From the NCBI GenBank assembly GCA_014801955.1, contig JAAVDE010000037.1, forward strand, positions 549 through 64,548: a stretch of DNA of 64,000 bases, in the 5' to 3' direction. This DNA comes from Bacteroides sp. (GTDB lineage Bacteria > Bacteroidota > Bacteroidia > Bacteroidales > Muribaculaceae). The position numbers and the translations under genes are program-made. This document shows, in pieces, positions 1 to 9,526 of this stretch. Each line of letters begins with the position of its first letter. The stretch's first letter is position 1. The notes under the pieces are model-generated. The model had not been told where the DNA came from, searched no databases, and saw only the letters and a program-made list of their open reading frames with translations.

Positions 1-38
1 GATTTCAGTGCTTTGCGGCATCTTGCCTTTTCTTGTTG

Positions 39-111
39 TGACCCCGGAGAGGCTCGAACTCTCGACCCACTGATTAAGAGTCAGTTGCTCTACCAACTGA
101 GCTACGGAGTC
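39..111 (-). tRNA. tRNA-Lys (anticodon CTT)
   Basis: Reverse complement reads GACTCCGTAGCTCAGTTGGTAGAGCAACTGACTCTTAATCAGTGGGTCGAGAGTTCGAGCCTCTCCGGGGTCA. It has a 7-bp acceptor stem, a canonical D loop, anticodon loop CT-CTT-AA and T loop TTCGAGC. Confidence 0.9.
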
Positions 112-256
112 TTGCATGCCCTTGTTTTGGTTTTGCGGTGCAAAGTTCGGTATAATTTTTGGATTGAGCAAATTTTTTAGGAAAAAAATGCAAAAAAATG
201 ATTTTTTTCTTTCGGAAGTAGTTTTTTCGGGGGGATTTGGGTATATTTGCAGTGTT

Positions 257-1813
257 ATGAAGATTATTTTGCCCAGGAAAGTTGACGGCGCTTCGGAGGT
301 TTTGCCGGAGCAGGCTCATCAGGTTTTGGTTATCGGCGCTAATGGCGCGGGTAAGTCGCGTTTCACGTCGAGGCTGGCTGAGTCGGCGGCTGCGCCGGTG
401 TTCAGGTTGTCGCCGTTGCGTGCGCTTTATGGTGCTTTCGTGGCCGATGCACCCGAGGGGTCGATTGATTGGCTTTATGGGCGGGCGCAGGCGCGGATGC
501 CGTTTGCGTCGGTGGCGTCTGGCGCGCCGGCAACTGAGGCCGAGAGGCTGATGGCGTTGATGCTGGCCGACGAGATGCAGTCTTTGCTGGCTTTTAAGGT
601 TGAGGGGCGGCGAGGGGATTTGCCGGTAACGCGTATTGACAGGGTGTTGGCTCTGTGGCGCGAGATTTTTCCTGACAATGAGGTTTTGCGCGCCGATGGG
701 GCGCTGATGTTTATGAGCGCCGGCGATGATGTTGGCCGCCCGCAGGTTAAGTTGTCGGCGGGCGAGAAGCTGGTGCTTTATTATTTCGGCGGGGTTTTGT
801 ATGCTCCGCCGGGGGCGGTGATTCCGATTGAGAGCCCGGAGCTGTTTTTGCATCCGTCGACGTTGCGCCGGGTCTGGGACCGGGTTGAGTCGCTGAGGCC
901 GGACTGCACGTTTGTCTACACGACGCACGACCTGGATTTCGCGGCTACGCGCAGCGGGGCAACGACGATTTGGGTTCGCGGGTGCGACGCTGAGGCCCAG
1001 GTGTTTGACTATGTTGTTTTGCCGCCGGATTCGCCCCTGCGCGAGGATATGTATATGGCGATTTTGGGCGCGCGCCGGCCTGTGTTGTTCATTGAGGGTG
1101 ATAATACTCATTCGATTGATTCGAAGTTGTATCCGCTGATTTTTCCGGAACATACGGTAACGGCGCTGGGGTCGTGTGACCGGGTGATTGAGTCAACGCG
1201 CGTTTTTAATTCGCTCGAGGGTTTTCATCATCTGGATAGCATGGGTATCGTTGACCGCGACCGGCGTTCGGAGCAGGAGGTGGCCTATTTGCGACGCAAG
1301 AAGATTATGGTGCCCGAGGTGGCGGAGATTGAGAATCTGCTGATGGTGGAGGGGGTTGTCAAGGCCGTTGCCGAGGTTCATCGCCGCGACCCGCAGCGGG
1401 TGTTTCAGAAGGTTAAGGAGGCGGTTATTGCAATGTTTCGCGGCGAGATGCGCCAGCAGGCGTTGCAACACACGCGCCACCAGGTCAAGCACATCATGGA
1501 GCATCGTATCGACGGCCGCTTTGCGTCGATAAGCAAGCTGGAAGAGCACATGGCCGACCTGGTCGACGAGATTAATCCGCGGGCAATTTATGAGAGTAAA
1601 TGCCGCGAGTTCAGCGGCTATGTCCATGCGGGAGATTATGCGTCGGTTCTGAGGGTTTATAATCAGAAGTCTATGGTCGGGCAGAGCAATGTTGGGCCGC
1701 TGACCGGCACCGGCGATAAGCGCGGTTACCTGACGGCAGTCCTCAACATCCTGAAAACCAACTCCCCTGCCGCCGATCGGATGCGCGCCGCCCTGCGCGC
1801 GCAAATCCGCTGA
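257..1813 (+). CDS. Fused minimal ABC-type ATPase + DUF4435/TOPRIM domain protein (OLD / PARIS-like architecture)
   Basis: ABC ATPase motifs are present: Walker A GANGAGKSR, signature LSAGEK, Walker B IPIESPELFLHP and H-loop TTHD. These are followed by a DUF4435-type block (VLFIEGDNTHSIDSKLYPLIF ... IVDRDRR). The start is set at ATG 257 (MKIILPRK), 7 nt downstream of a TATATTTG -7 box at 242-249. The tabulated ORF start at 116 lies upstream of that promoter. Confidence 0.7.
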   Translation: MKIILPRKVDGASEVLPEQAHQVLVIGANGAGKSRFTSRLAESAAAPVFRLSPLRALYGAFVADAPEGSIDWLYGRAQARMPFASVASGAPATEAERLMALMLADEMQSLLAFKVEGRRGDLPVTRIDRVLALWREIFPDNEVLRADGALMFMSAGDDVGRPQVKLSAGEKLVLYYFGGVLYAPPGAVIPIESPELFLHPSTLRRVWDRVESLRPDCTFVYTTHDLDFAATRSGATTIWVRGCDAEAQVFDYVVLPPDSPLREDMYMAILGARRPVLFIEGDNTHSIDSKLYPLIFPEHTVTALGSCDRVIESTRVFNSLEGFHHLDSMGIVDRDRRSEQEVAYLRRKKIMVPEVAEIENLLMVEGVVKAVAEVHRRDPQRVFQKVKEAVIAMFRGEMRQQALQHTRHQVKHIMEHRIDGRFASISKLEEHMADLVDEINPRAIYESKCREFSGYVHAGDYASVLRVYNQKSMVGQSNVGPLTGTGDKRGYLTAVLNILKTNSPAADRMRAALRAQIR

Positions 1814-1850
1814 AAAGGCTGTTGCCGCACTTTGAAGCTTTCTCGGACGG

Positions 1851-3179
1851 TTAAGGAATGATGGGCTCGGAGATGATGTCGGCCAAGAGGAATGGAATGA
1901 CGCCGATATACATTACGCCGTCATTGTCTGTCCAGGGTTTCTGACTTCCGCCGAGAACTACGATTTTGCGGAAGAAGTCGCCGGTGTGTCTCAGCGAGAA
2001 TGTTTCTTGTTCTTTTTTCTCGGGAGTGTCTATATTTAGGGCAGACTGGATGTAGATTTTGTTGTTCCCGATGTTTACCACAAAGTCTATTTCATATTGC
2101 GACATTTTTCGGACTCCATTGATGCTCTGATGAACTTCAACAACGCCTACATCAACTGAATATCCTCTGCGGATCAGCTCGTTGTAAATCATGTTTTCCA
2201 TCAGATGCGATCTTTCCTGCTGGCGAAAGTTTAACCGCGCATTCCGTAGCCCGAGGTCTGTTGCGTAGTATTTCTGTATGGTGTCGAAATATTTACGTCC
2301 TTTCACGTTCCACCTTTTTGCGCTCTGAAAAAGATATGCGTCTTCTAAATATTCGAGGTAGTTCTTAATTGTGTTGTTCGATGGCTTGTTGCCCATCCGT
2401 GAGCCGGCGGTGTTGGCGAGTTTATTGGGATTTGTCAGTGAGCCAACCGAGGATGACAGTATGTCAACCAAAATATCCAGCAGGCTGTCTCCTCTTAGTT
2501 TATAGCGTTCAACAATGTCTTTGATATACACATTTGAGAATAATCCCTGCAGGTATTTACGTTTTTCCCTTTCGTCGGGTTCTATGGCGGCGGTCGGCAT
2601 TCCTCCATACATCATGTACTCTTCCAACGCTTCGGTCTTATCTTTATTGGCAATCGTCAGATATTCGGCAAACGACAGCGGGAACACCTTGATTTCCGAG
2701 CCTCGGTCTCGGAAATTGGTCACGATGTCTTTGGATAGCATTTTGGAGTTTGACCCGGTCACATAGATGTCGATATTTGGTCGGGTCATTAGGTCACTCA
2801 GAATGTCATAGAAGGTAGTGTAAAGCAGGTCGCGGTCTTCCTCCGGCACTATTGTTTCGTCAATGTCGGAATTTTTGACTTTATACGATAATTGGATTTC
2901 GTCTATGAAAACGTAGTATCGTTTGTTTGCATCTGCGGTATGCTCACTTATGTAGTCAAAAAGCGCATTGGGATTGCGGAATTGTATGTCTGACTTCTTG
3001 TCGAGAGATATTTCAATAAAGCTGTCGCTTGTAATACCTTTGTTGAGCAGCGCTTGTTTGTAGATTGTTGATAATAAGAATGATTTACCGCATCGGCGTA
3101 TGCCGGTAATGATTTTTACCTTGCCATTCCAGCTTTTCGCAATGAGTTGGTTGAGATATTCGGTTCGTTCGATGATCAT
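1851..3179 (-). CDS. AAA+ ATPase of the DUF4143 family (ATP-binding protein)
   Basis: N-terminus MIIERTEYLNQLI..., Walker A GIRRCGKSFLL and Walker B YVFIDEIQ. The C-terminal half is typical of AAA_14/DUF4143 proteins. GC is clearly lower than in the flanking genes. Confidence 0.75.
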   Translation of the reverse strand: MIIERTEYLNQLIAKSWNGKVKIITGIRRCGKSFLLSTIYKQALLNKGITSDSFIEISLDKKSDIQFRNPNALFDYISEHTADANKRYYVFIDEIQLSYKVKNSDIDETIVPEEDRDLLYTTFYDILSDLMTRPNIDIYVTGSNSKMLSKDIVTNFRDRGSEIKVFPLSFAEYLTIANKDKTEALEEYMMYGGMPTAAIEPDEREKRKYLQGLFSNVYIKDIVERYKLRGDSLLDILVDILSSSVGSLTNPNKLANTAGSRMGNKPSNNTIKNYLEYLEDAYLFQSAKRWNVKGRKYFDTIQKYYATDLGLRNARLNFRQQERSHLMENMIYNELIRRGYSVDVGVVEVHQSINGVRKMSQYEIDFVVNIGNNKIYIQSALNIDTPEKKEQETFSLRHTGDFFRKIVVLGGSQKPWTDNDGVMYIGVIPFLLADIISEPIIP

Positions 3180-3275
3180 AGGTGAAGGGGAAAAATATAG
3201 CCGTACTGCAACTTTGGTTGCATGTGCATACAAAGTTGCAGTACAAAGGTAGCGCTTTTTTTCTAATCCGCAAAA

Positions 3276-5000
3276 TTAGAAGAGGGATTTCAGGGGGCGG
3301 GGCGGGGATTGGGCCAGGGCGTAGGCGGCGATGGCACGGGTCATGAGCATGTCGTCGTGGCAGCCGTGGGCGGCTTCGGTTTTTTCGCCGCGGCGAATGT
3401 AGGTTGCCATTTCGTCGATGGCGGCGGCTGAGCGTTCGATCAGGCGGCCGTCGCGCAGGGCATAGGTTAGTTCGAAGATGGCGGCGGCCTTGGTGGCGGC
3501 GTTGGTGTGGAAGCCGATGCGGGTCGACATGGTGTTGGTAACGGTGTCGAACGCCTGGCGGCGGTAGAGGTTGGGGTAGCCGGAGCGGCCGAGCTTTTCC
3601 AGGGCGTGGGTGCCGCGGGTTTCGAGGGTGTTGCTTTCGAAGATGAGCAGGGCGCGATGGTAGTAGCGGCCCAGCGCGCAGGCCAGTGCGCAGAGGCGGT
3701 CAATGTGGACGTGGCCGCGCCATTGGGCAACGACTTCGAGCTGCCCCGGGGTGCGAACGTCGAAAACGGCGATGACGCTCCAGTCGGCGCCCTCCCAGCA
3801 GCCGCCAACGTCGACGGCTATGACGTAGGCCGGCTTGGTTCGCAGTTGGTCGGCGGGGCAGGGGTGAGCCCAGATTTCGAGGCGCCCGGAGGGAGTGGCG
3901 ACGGGGAGGCCGGTGCGTGGGTCGAGTTCGTAGCGACGCGGGGAGGCTGTGTCGGCGCCTGGGCGCAGGCGGCTGAGGTCGGCGGGGTCAAACACGGCCA
4001 GGGCGGTGTTTGAAAATGCCTCGTCGGGGGTCGTCGGGTGTTCGCGCATCATGGCCTGGCGTCCGCCCTGGGCGCGGGTTTGGTTGTGGTACCAGAAGAT
4101 TTGTTCCAGCGTCAGGTTCAGCGGCGGCTCCCAAAGGGCGCGCTCATAGTCGGTCAGCCGCTCCCAGGTTTCGGCCGGCGGAAGAATCAGGCGCTCGCGG
4201 TTGTATTCAACTTCGTGCCAGGTTGCGAAGAGGGCGGTTTTGTCGCTCTCGCCGGCCAGCGCGCGCTGCCACTCGGAGTGGAAATAGTTGCCGGGGCCGT
4301 TGGCGGTGCTTTCCATGATAACCACGCTTTCGGCAACGCGCGGCACTGAACTACACACCGACCGAACCAGCTCCGACGCCTCGGCCGACCCGCGCGAGGG
4401 CCAGTAGGCAACCTCGCTCAGGTGGGCCATCATGTAGTCGGCGCCACGGGCCGCATCGGGATTGCGGGTGGTGCAAACGGTCAGGCGCGAACCGCCGGGC
4501 AGCAGCTCGCGCACGCTGCGCAGCCCGTTGTAGCTAACAATGCGGGGCGGGTCGAGCTCCGGCGGAAAGTTGCGCACAATGTCGTTGATTTGGCCTGACA
4601 GAACCGTTGCGGCCGATTTCTGGTGGGCGCAAATCAGCGAGTGCCAGTTCTCGTGGCGGCGGGTCTGGAGCCACATCAGATAGTGACACACCAGGGTTGA
4701 ACACCCCCATTGGCGCGATTTCAAAACAATCAGCCGCATCGGCAGGCCGGCGCGACGCTGGCGCTCCAGCTCATTGAGAACCTTGCGCTGGGCATTGTTG
4801 AGAACGAACGGAACTCGCCGTCCGGTCAGCTTATGTTTGATTCGGGCACATCGGGCGGCCCAGTACTCAAAGTCTTCGTTCAGCCGCTCGGCCTCGGAAG
4901 GCCAGCGGTCAGAGGGTGCGAGCGGATTGGCCGATACGGCAGACAGCGCGGCATTGCGGCGCAGATTTTCGGCGGTCATTTCGGGAGTCCATTCTTTCAT
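3276..5000 (-). CDS. Phage terminase large subunit-like protein (solitary)
   Basis: Terminase_6-type Walker A LKSRQWGCST, Walker-B-like MAHLSEVAYW, and C-terminal RNase-H-like nuclease signatures (IAVDVGG ... HDDMLMTRAIA). The start is uncertain: ATG 5000 sits 5 nt downstream of a TAAATTTG box, while the alternative TTG is at 5021. Confidence 0.6.
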   Translation of the reverse strand: MKEWTPEMTAENLRRNAALSAVSANPLAPSDRWPSEAERLNEDFEYWAARCARIKHKLTGRRVPFVLNNAQRKVLNELERQRRAGLPMRLIVLKSRQWGCSTLVCHYLMWLQTRRHENWHSLICAHQKSAATVLSGQINDIVRNFPPELDPPRIVSYNGLRSVRELLPGGSRLTVCTTRNPDAARGADYMMAHLSEVAYWPSRGSAEASELVRSVCSSVPRVAESVVIMESTANGPGNYFHSEWQRALAGESDKTALFATWHEVEYNRERLILPPAETWERLTDYERALWEPPLNLTLEQIFWYHNQTRAQGGRQAMMREHPTTPDEAFSNTALAVFDPADLSRLRPGADTASPRRYELDPRTGLPVATPSGRLEIWAHPCPADQLRTKPAYVIAVDVGGCWEGADWSVIAVFDVRTPGQLEVVAQWRGHVHIDRLCALACALGRYYHRALLIFESNTLETRGTHALEKLGRSGYPNLYRRQAFDTVTNTMSTRIGFHTNAATKAAAIFELTYALRDGRLIERSAAAIDEMATYIRRGEKTEAAHGCHDDMLMTRAIAAYALAQSPPRPLKSLF

Positions 5001-5071
5001 GGCCGCAAATTTAGGCCGCAACCCGCCGCCAACATCGTAGAAATTCAGGAAAATTGCTTAACTTTGCAGTC

Positions 5072-6106
5072 ATGAAATCGAATAGTAGTAAGGACGAGAT
5101 TATTTTGGCGATTGAGTCGTCGTGCGACGACACGTCGGCGGCGGTTCTGCGCAACGGGCTGCTGCTGTCGAACGTGATTGCGTCGCAGAGTGTGCATGAA
5201 GAATATGGCGGCGTGGTGCCGGAGCTGGCGTCGCGCGCGCATCAGCAGAACATCCTGCCGGTGGTTGACGCGGCGCTGCGTCGGGCCGGAGTTGAGCGTT
5301 CGGAGCTGTCGGCCATTGCCTATACGCGCGGCCCAGGGCTGCTGGGCTCGCTGCTGGTCGGCACTTCGTTTGCAAAGGGGCTGGCGCTGGGTCTGGGCAT
5401 TCCGCTGGTCGATGTTAATCATCTCCACGGCCATGTGTTGAGCCATTTCATTCGCGAGAAGGAAGATGACGAAGTTCCGGAATCCCCCTATCTGGCGCTG
5501 TTGATTTCAGGCGGCAATTCGCAGATTGTTCTGGTGCGCTCGGATAGCGACATGGAGATTCTGGGGCGCACTATCGACGATGCGGCCGGCGAGGCTTTCG
5601 ACAAGTGCGCCAAGGTTATGGGGCTGCCATATCCGGGCGGCCCGCATATCGACCGCCTGGCTGCGGAGGGTAACGACAAGGCATTTAAGTTCGCCAAGCC
5701 CCACATCCCCGGGCTGGATTATAGTTTCAGCGGATTGAAAACCTCGTTTCTCTACACCGTTCGCGACGGTCTGAAACAATCGCCGACATTCATTGAAGAT
5801 AATTTGGCCGACCTGGCGGCTTCGATTCAGCGGGCCATTATTGAAACGCTGATGGCCAAGCTGGAGCTGGCCGTTAAGCAAACGGGCGTGAAAGCCGTTG
5901 CCATCGGTGGCGGAGTGAGCGCCAATTCCGGCGTCAGGGAAGCAGTGGCTGACTTCTGCCGCCGCCGCGGGCTGAGAGCCTGGATTCCCGAGCGCCGGTT
6001 CACGACCGATAACGCGGCGATGGTCGGCATTGCCGGGGCGTTTAAGTTCCGCCGCGGCGAGTTCGGCAACATCGACGCGCCCCCCTTTGCGCGCCTCACG
6101 GTATAA
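5072..6106 (+). CDS. tsaD: tRNA N6-adenosine threonylcarbamoyltransferase TsaD
   Basis: ILAIESSCDDTSAAV ... HEEYGGVVPELASRAH ... GGGVSANSG. The protein is full-length Kae1/TsaD-like. A TAACTTTG -7 box lies just upstream. Confidence 0.95.
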   Translation: MKSNSSKDEIILAIESSCDDTSAAVLRNGLLLSNVIASQSVHEEYGGVVPELASRAHQQNILPVVDAALRRAGVERSELSAIAYTRGPGLLGSLLVGTSFAKGLALGLGIPLVDVNHLHGHVLSHFIREKEDDEVPESPYLALLISGGNSQIVLVRSDSDMEILGRTIDDAAGEAFDKCAKVMGLPYPGGPHIDRLAAEGNDKAFKFAKPHIPGLDYSFSGLKTSFLYTVRDGLKQSPTFIEDNLADLAASIQRAIIETLMAKLELAVKQTGVKAVAIGGGVSANSGVREAVADFCRRRGLRAWIPERRFTTDNAAMVGIAGAFKFRRGEFGNIDAPPFARLTV

Positions 6107-6107
6107 A

Positions 6108-6152
6108 ATAAACGCGGCACCCGATTAAGACAAGGGTGCCGCGCTATACTTT
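6108..6152. terminator. Bidirectional rho-independent terminator between convergent tsaD and the S24-like peptidase gene
   Basis: Hairpin GCGGCACCC-N11-GGGTGCCGC (6114-6142), flanked by an A-rich run on the left and a T-rich run on the right. Confidence 0.7.
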
Positions 6153-6159
6153 TGGCGAT

Positions 6160-6783
6160 TTATATTGCGTATTTTACTTGGCCATAGATTGTTGAAATTT
6201 CATGGATCGAGTAGGTCTCACGCTGCTTTTCTTCATCATACGTTTCGGAAAGCACGAAGCGCTCGTTCTTTTTGCGAGGAGAGATTTTAGCTGATTTACG
6301 CATGCAGTCAGAAACAAATAATTCTTTGCTGATACTAATGCGAGGACTATGGTTATCGTAAACAGATGTCCAATATTGCTCAGAGCAATCCAAGTCAGAT
6401 ACATAGGCTACGAACTTCCGTAGCTTATATTTACTTTCCCATTTCGCATTACTGATGGTGAGAGCAAGTACGGGATAGGCGTTGATGGCAGACTTTTGTT
6501 CGTCGGAATATAATTGGACAAAGACTTGTTGGTCGGAGTGAATGCCATATTTTTTCATGGAGTTTCCGCAGACGTATAGTCGCTTGAATCGCGAAACATC
6601 AACGTGCTTTCCATCAACGTTTATTTCTGATATATTCCGCGTAGGTACGGAGTGATATTTCCAGCAAAATTTGTTGACTTTACCGGCTTTGGCCACGGGC
6701 TCTAAATTAAGAACCGCAAGGAGGGTGTAAATCATGCCTGCGGATATGAGTCCGATTATGATGATGAAGCTTATAGTATTCAT
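6160..6783 (-). CDS. Membrane-anchored S24 (LexA/CI-type) serine peptidase-like protein
   Basis: An N-terminal TM helix (ISFIIIIGLISAGMIYTLLAVL) is followed by VCGNSMKKYGIHSDQQVFV. This aligns with the LexA GDSM..GI..GD..VV catalytic Ser block. A candidate general-base Lys lies about 45 aa later (KYKLRKF). The region is low GC. Confidence 0.55.
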   Translation of the reverse strand: MNTISFIIIIGLISAGMIYTLLAVLNLEPVAKAGKVNKFCWKYHSVPTRNISEINVDGKHVDVSRFKRLYVCGNSMKKYGIHSDQQVFVQLYSDEQKSAINAYPVLALTISNAKWESKYKLRKFVAYVSDLDCSEQYWTSVYDNHSPRISISKELFVSDCMRKSAKISPRKKNERFVLSETYDEEKQRETYSIHEISTIYGQVKYAI

Positions 6784-6785
6784 AG

Positions 6786-7232
6786 TTAATTATCGGCTAT
6801 AGGGGTTGCTGTAGGAACCGAAACAGGAGGTGCTGTTATTCGGCTCGTTTTAGTGAGTTTCATTGCGGTCATTGCTCCCCATGACAGGAAGAAGCAGATG
6901 CATGCAACTGTTGAATCTGCCACGCTAATAGATAACAGATAGAAGAACATGAATCCAACAATGGCAATTAATGTGGGTATCATGCCATGCACGTTGCCGG
7001 TCTCAACTTCTTCTTTGGCAGATTCATAAACGACGTCCCAAAGATATAGCATTAAAACGGTTAGAAGAGGGAATGTATATTCATTTCGTAGAGTCGTTGC
7101 ATCTAACGTGCTTAACTCAAAATTATAGCTACAGCTAAATACATCCGGAAACGTTGCCCACAGCAGGCCTGCGGACCATGTTAGGGCGTATGTTAACTTT
7201 ATGCTGATAGATTTGGATTTTGTGAACGTCAT
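6786..7232 (-). CDS. Small multi-pass membrane protein (3-4 predicted TM helices), function unknown
   Basis: Hydrophobic segments are WSAGLLWATF, FPLLTVLMLYLW, MIPTLIAIVGFMFFYLLSI and VACICFFLSWGAMTAM. The stop is 2 nt from the start of the peptidase gene. A TACCTTTG -7 box lies about 45 nt upstream. Confidence 0.5.
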   Translation of the reverse strand: MTFTKSKSISIKLTYALTWSAGLLWATFPDVFSCSYNFELSTLDATTLRNEYTFPLLTVLMLYLWDVVYESAKEEVETGNVHGMIPTLIAIVGFMFFYLLSISVADSTVACICFFLSWGAMTAMKLTKTSRITAPPVSVPTATPIADN

Positions 7233-7413
7233 TACGGTTAGTTCTATGCTCAGGTATTACGGAGCACAAAGGTACAAATATTCACTGAATTATCCAAATC
7301 GCCGAACTCGTGTGGCCGGGATTTTGGCGGTAATATCAATTATATAACACCGCGAAATTAAAATTGTTGGAGAGTCAATCATATATGTGGTTTAGTTGGC
7401 TACGAAACTAATG

Positions 7414-7456
7414 TAAAATAGTCCAATTGGCCGGGTGGCCAATTGGACTATTTTTG
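7414..7456. terminator. Bidirectional rho-independent terminator downstream of groEL
   Basis: Perfect 15-bp stem ATAGTCCAATTGGCC / GGCCAATTGGACTAT with a GGGT loop (7418-7451), flanked by an A run and a T run. Confidence 0.85.
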
Positions 7457-7472
7457 TGGACGGGGGGAGGGA

Positions 7473-9125
<1,653 letters not shown>

Positions 9126-9137
9126 TTATAAACTATG

Positions 9138-9410
9138 TTAATTCAGTATAGCAAGCACGTCGGACTGACGCATGATGAGGAGTTTTTCGCCTTCGATTTC
9201 AACTTCGGTTCCGGCATATTTGCCGAAAAGAACGTTGTCGCCGGCCTTGAGAACCATTTCTTCGTCTTTGGTTCCGGTTCCGACGGCGAGGACTTCGCCC
9301 TTGAGCGGTTTTTCTTTAGCGGAGTCGGGAATAATGATGCCGGCAACGGTAACTTCTTCAGCCGCAGTGGGCTTAATAACGACGCGGTCGGCCAGGGGTT
9401 TGAGATTCAT
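9138..9410 (-). CDS. groES: Co-chaperonin GroES
   Basis: [14 protein letters not shown] ... [18 protein letters not shown], 90 aa, immediately upstream of groEL. Confidence 0.98.
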   Translation of the reverse strand: MNLKPLADRVVIKPTAAEEVTVAGIIIPDSAKEKPLKGEVLAVGTGTKDEEMVLKAGDNVLFGKYAGTEVEIEGEKLLIMRQSDVLAILN

Positions 9411-9526
9411 AGGGTATTTTAGGATTAGTTGGTTTATGGATTTTGGTTATGGAATATGCGAAAAGCGTGCCAGCGCTTTCGCGGCTGACATTTTGTCAGT
9501 CTGTTTGTCAAACGCCCGCCGCGGGC

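Noticed and set aside
39-1813. A functional link between the tRNA-Lys gene and the adjacent DUF4435 fusion, such as a decoy or resistant tRNA analogous to phage tRNA-Lys countering PARIS.
   Set aside because: The tRNA looks like an ordinary chromosomal tRNA-Lys(CTT) with its own promoter-like box. Adjacency of accessory genes to tRNA loci is common, and nothing in the sequence indicates co-regulation. It is mentioned only as a curiosity in the corresponding finding.
9411-9526. A CIRCE/HrcA operator upstream of groES.
   Set aside because: There is no TTAGCACTC-N9-GAGTGCTAA-like sequence. Only an imperfect hairpin (GCGAAAGCG-CTGGCA-CGCTTTTCGC) and a rimM-proximal GC hairpin are present, and these are more simply read as terminator structures.
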